Positions 61,986-64,000 of a stretch of 64,000 bases of DNA are shown here, piece by piece. Within the stretch, counting starts at the first letter, position 1, and every line of letters starts with the position of its first letter. The stretch is from assembly GCA_963733035.1 (NCBI GenBank), contig CAVTBU010000005.1, forward strand, positions 416,001 to 480,000. Reading direction: 5' to 3'. The notes below the pieces were generated by a model, which was not told the origin of the DNA, did not search any database, and worked only from the letters and a program-made list of their open reading frames with translations. Both the position numbers and the translations under genes were made by a program. Source of the DNA: Pirellulales bacterium. Lineage in GTDB: Bacteria > Planctomycetota > Planctomycetia > Pirellulales > PALSA-1355.

Positions 61986-63623
61986 GCCGCAGCCACGTCG
62001 CCCGTATTGCGTTCGATAATTGCCGCGAGTTTCGCGCCGCTGGGCAACGTGCCAAAAGCACGTCCCCAATCGCCCCCCAACCGCGTCGCACAAAAGGCAT
62101 CGGCGACTTCCGCGGGAGAATGACGTACGACGAGCGAACCTTGCAGCACGAGCGCGATCCGTTCGACGAGCCTGCGCGCCTGGGTGGGGTCGGCGGCCAT
62201 CGCCTGCCAATTGTCTCGCAGTTGACCGGCCGCATGATCGAGCCGGCGGTCGACACCACGGCCACGATCGATTTCCTCCCACAGCGACTCCATCGAACCT
62301 GGCTCATTCCGAATCGCGCAACACATCGAGGCAGATCACGTTGCCAGACCCTTCCCAAATCGAGTTCAACGGGGACTCGCGGAACAACCGCGGCATCATC
62401 GAATCCTCGACGAAGCCGTTGCCACCCAGGCATTCCAGCGCCTCGCCGACATGCGCTGGTCCGCGCTTACAAAGCCAGTATTTGCCGACGGCCGTGGCGA
62501 TTCGACGAAAACGTGCTTCGGCTTCGTCCTGACTGTCATAGGCCCTGGCCAGCCGGAGGGCCAGAATCGTGGCGGCTTCCGACTCCAGGCACAAATCTGC
62601 CAGAACGTTTTGCATCAGCGGCTGGTCGACGAGCAGTTTGCCGAAGGCCGAGCGATGCCGGGCATGATGCACCGCCTGTACGACTGCCTGTCGCACAAGT
62701 CCTGCCGAGCCGAGCGTACAATCGAGCCGCGTGTGATTGACCATTTCGACGATCGTTCGCACGCCCCGACCTTCTTCGCCGATGAGCGTGGCCAAAGCGC
62801 CGTCGAATTCAATCTCACTGGAGGCATTCGATCGGTTGCCGAGCTTGTTCTTGAGCCGTTGCAAATAGAACCGATTGCGCTCACCATCAGGTGTCCATCG
62901 CGGTAGCAAGAAGCAAGACAATCCGCCCGGAGCCTGGGCCAGCACCAGAAACGCGTCGCACATCGGCGCGGAACAAAACCATTTGTGACCGGTCAGGCGG
63001 TACTCGCCGCCGGGTCCCCCCTGTCCAGCGGCGACGGCTCGGGAAGTGTTCGCCCGGACGTCAGAGCCACCTTGCTTTTCAGTCATTGCCATGCCGATCA
63101 GCACGCCTCGCTTCTGATCTGCCGGCAGAAATCGCATGTCGTATGCAGTGCTTGCGATTCTCGGCACCCAGACGTCCGCCAACTCCGTCTGCACGCGCAA
63201 GGAGGGAACGGCGGCATAAGTCATTGAGATCGGGCAACTGTGTCCAGCCTCATTCTGACCGACCAGGTACATGAGCGTCCCGCGAGCCACGTGCGCACCC
63301 GATCTCGGCTCGGCCCAAGGCAGGTTGTGTACTCCATTTTCCACCGAAAGGCGCATCAAATCGTGCCAAGCAGGATGAAAACGCACTTCGTCAATGCGCT
63401 GGCCCCGCGAATCATGAGTATGCAATACGGGTGGGTTGTTGTTGGCATCAAAGCCCCACCCGATTGCCTCCTCGCCGCCCAGCGAAGCGCCGAGCTTGAG
63501 TGCCCGCTCTTCGATCCACGCCCCGCCTTCCCGCACCACGGCCTCGCGAAGCACTCGGTCACCGCCAAACAGGTTGTAACCTACTAGCGGTGGAACTTGA
63601 TTTTGAACTTCGTGAGTGGGCAT
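61982..63623 (-). CDS. aidB: Acyl-CoA dehydrogenase AidB (frameshift at ~62318, probably a sequencing error)
   Basis: THEVQNQ, CPISMT, MTEKQGGSDV, KLGNRSNASSE, IWEGSGNV; C-terminus in ORF 61982..62326. Confidence 0.9.
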
Positions 63624-64000
63624 GGAGATTGGGTCCAGTACTTGCCTGGGCAATAGAAGTCACGGTCGAACTGCCGTCGTCGGCGCGAAGTGGGGCACCG
63701 CCACGGCGGCTTTTGTCTAGACAAACCATTAGAACAAGGTTTGCACGCCCCGCAATGTTCACCCGCACGACAACCCTGAGAACCCGTACAATCCAGGTGA
63801 ACGGGGCAAGAAAGCGCCCGCTCGGCCCCGATTTAAGGGGCCCAGCGGGCCGATGGAATCGGGATCACCCTGCACTCAGCAAAAGCGGAGAGCGGGGTGG
63901 CGCGCCGGACTCGTCCGCTTCGGCTGATATGCCTGCGTCCCTATTTCTTAGAGGCGCCAAAAAATGACGAACCGGACGCCCACCAGATGTAAACTTCTTT

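Overview
64-kb GC-rich bacterial chromosome segment, most likely from a planctomycete. Signs of this: groEL-groES-groEL-dnaJ-grpE order, DUF1573/DUF1571-type proteins, an ESLEARELL motif protein, three sulfatases and a BlaI/M56 pair. It holds about 47 genes: a DsbD fragment, a zinc metalloprotease next to a divergent P-II, a chaperone operon, peptidases, sulfatases, a SulP-carbonic anhydrase fusion, a TPR-GT41 glycosyltransferase, PadR with a partner, a diguanylate cyclase and aidB, plus tRNA-Arg(ACG). I saw no integrase, transposase, CRISPR array or rRNA. Six genes carry seven frameshifts, all at or beside GCGC, which points to methylation-linked long-read errors rather than real pseudogenes. 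Best leads: (i) a candidate multi-stem cis-regulatory RNA at ~43.40-43.59 kb; (ii) a sigma54 promoter/enhancer layout ahead of the chaperone operon; (iii) a promoter-short ORF-terminator leader before the DUF1573 gene; (iv) a P-II lacking the C-terminal RxR, coupled to an atypical receiver; (v) an arrest-peptide-like ORF upstream of SulP-CA; (vi) a thioredoxin/heme c/copper-monooxygenase fusion next to a prolyl oligopeptidase. All family calls come from recognising motifs by eye, not from database searches.
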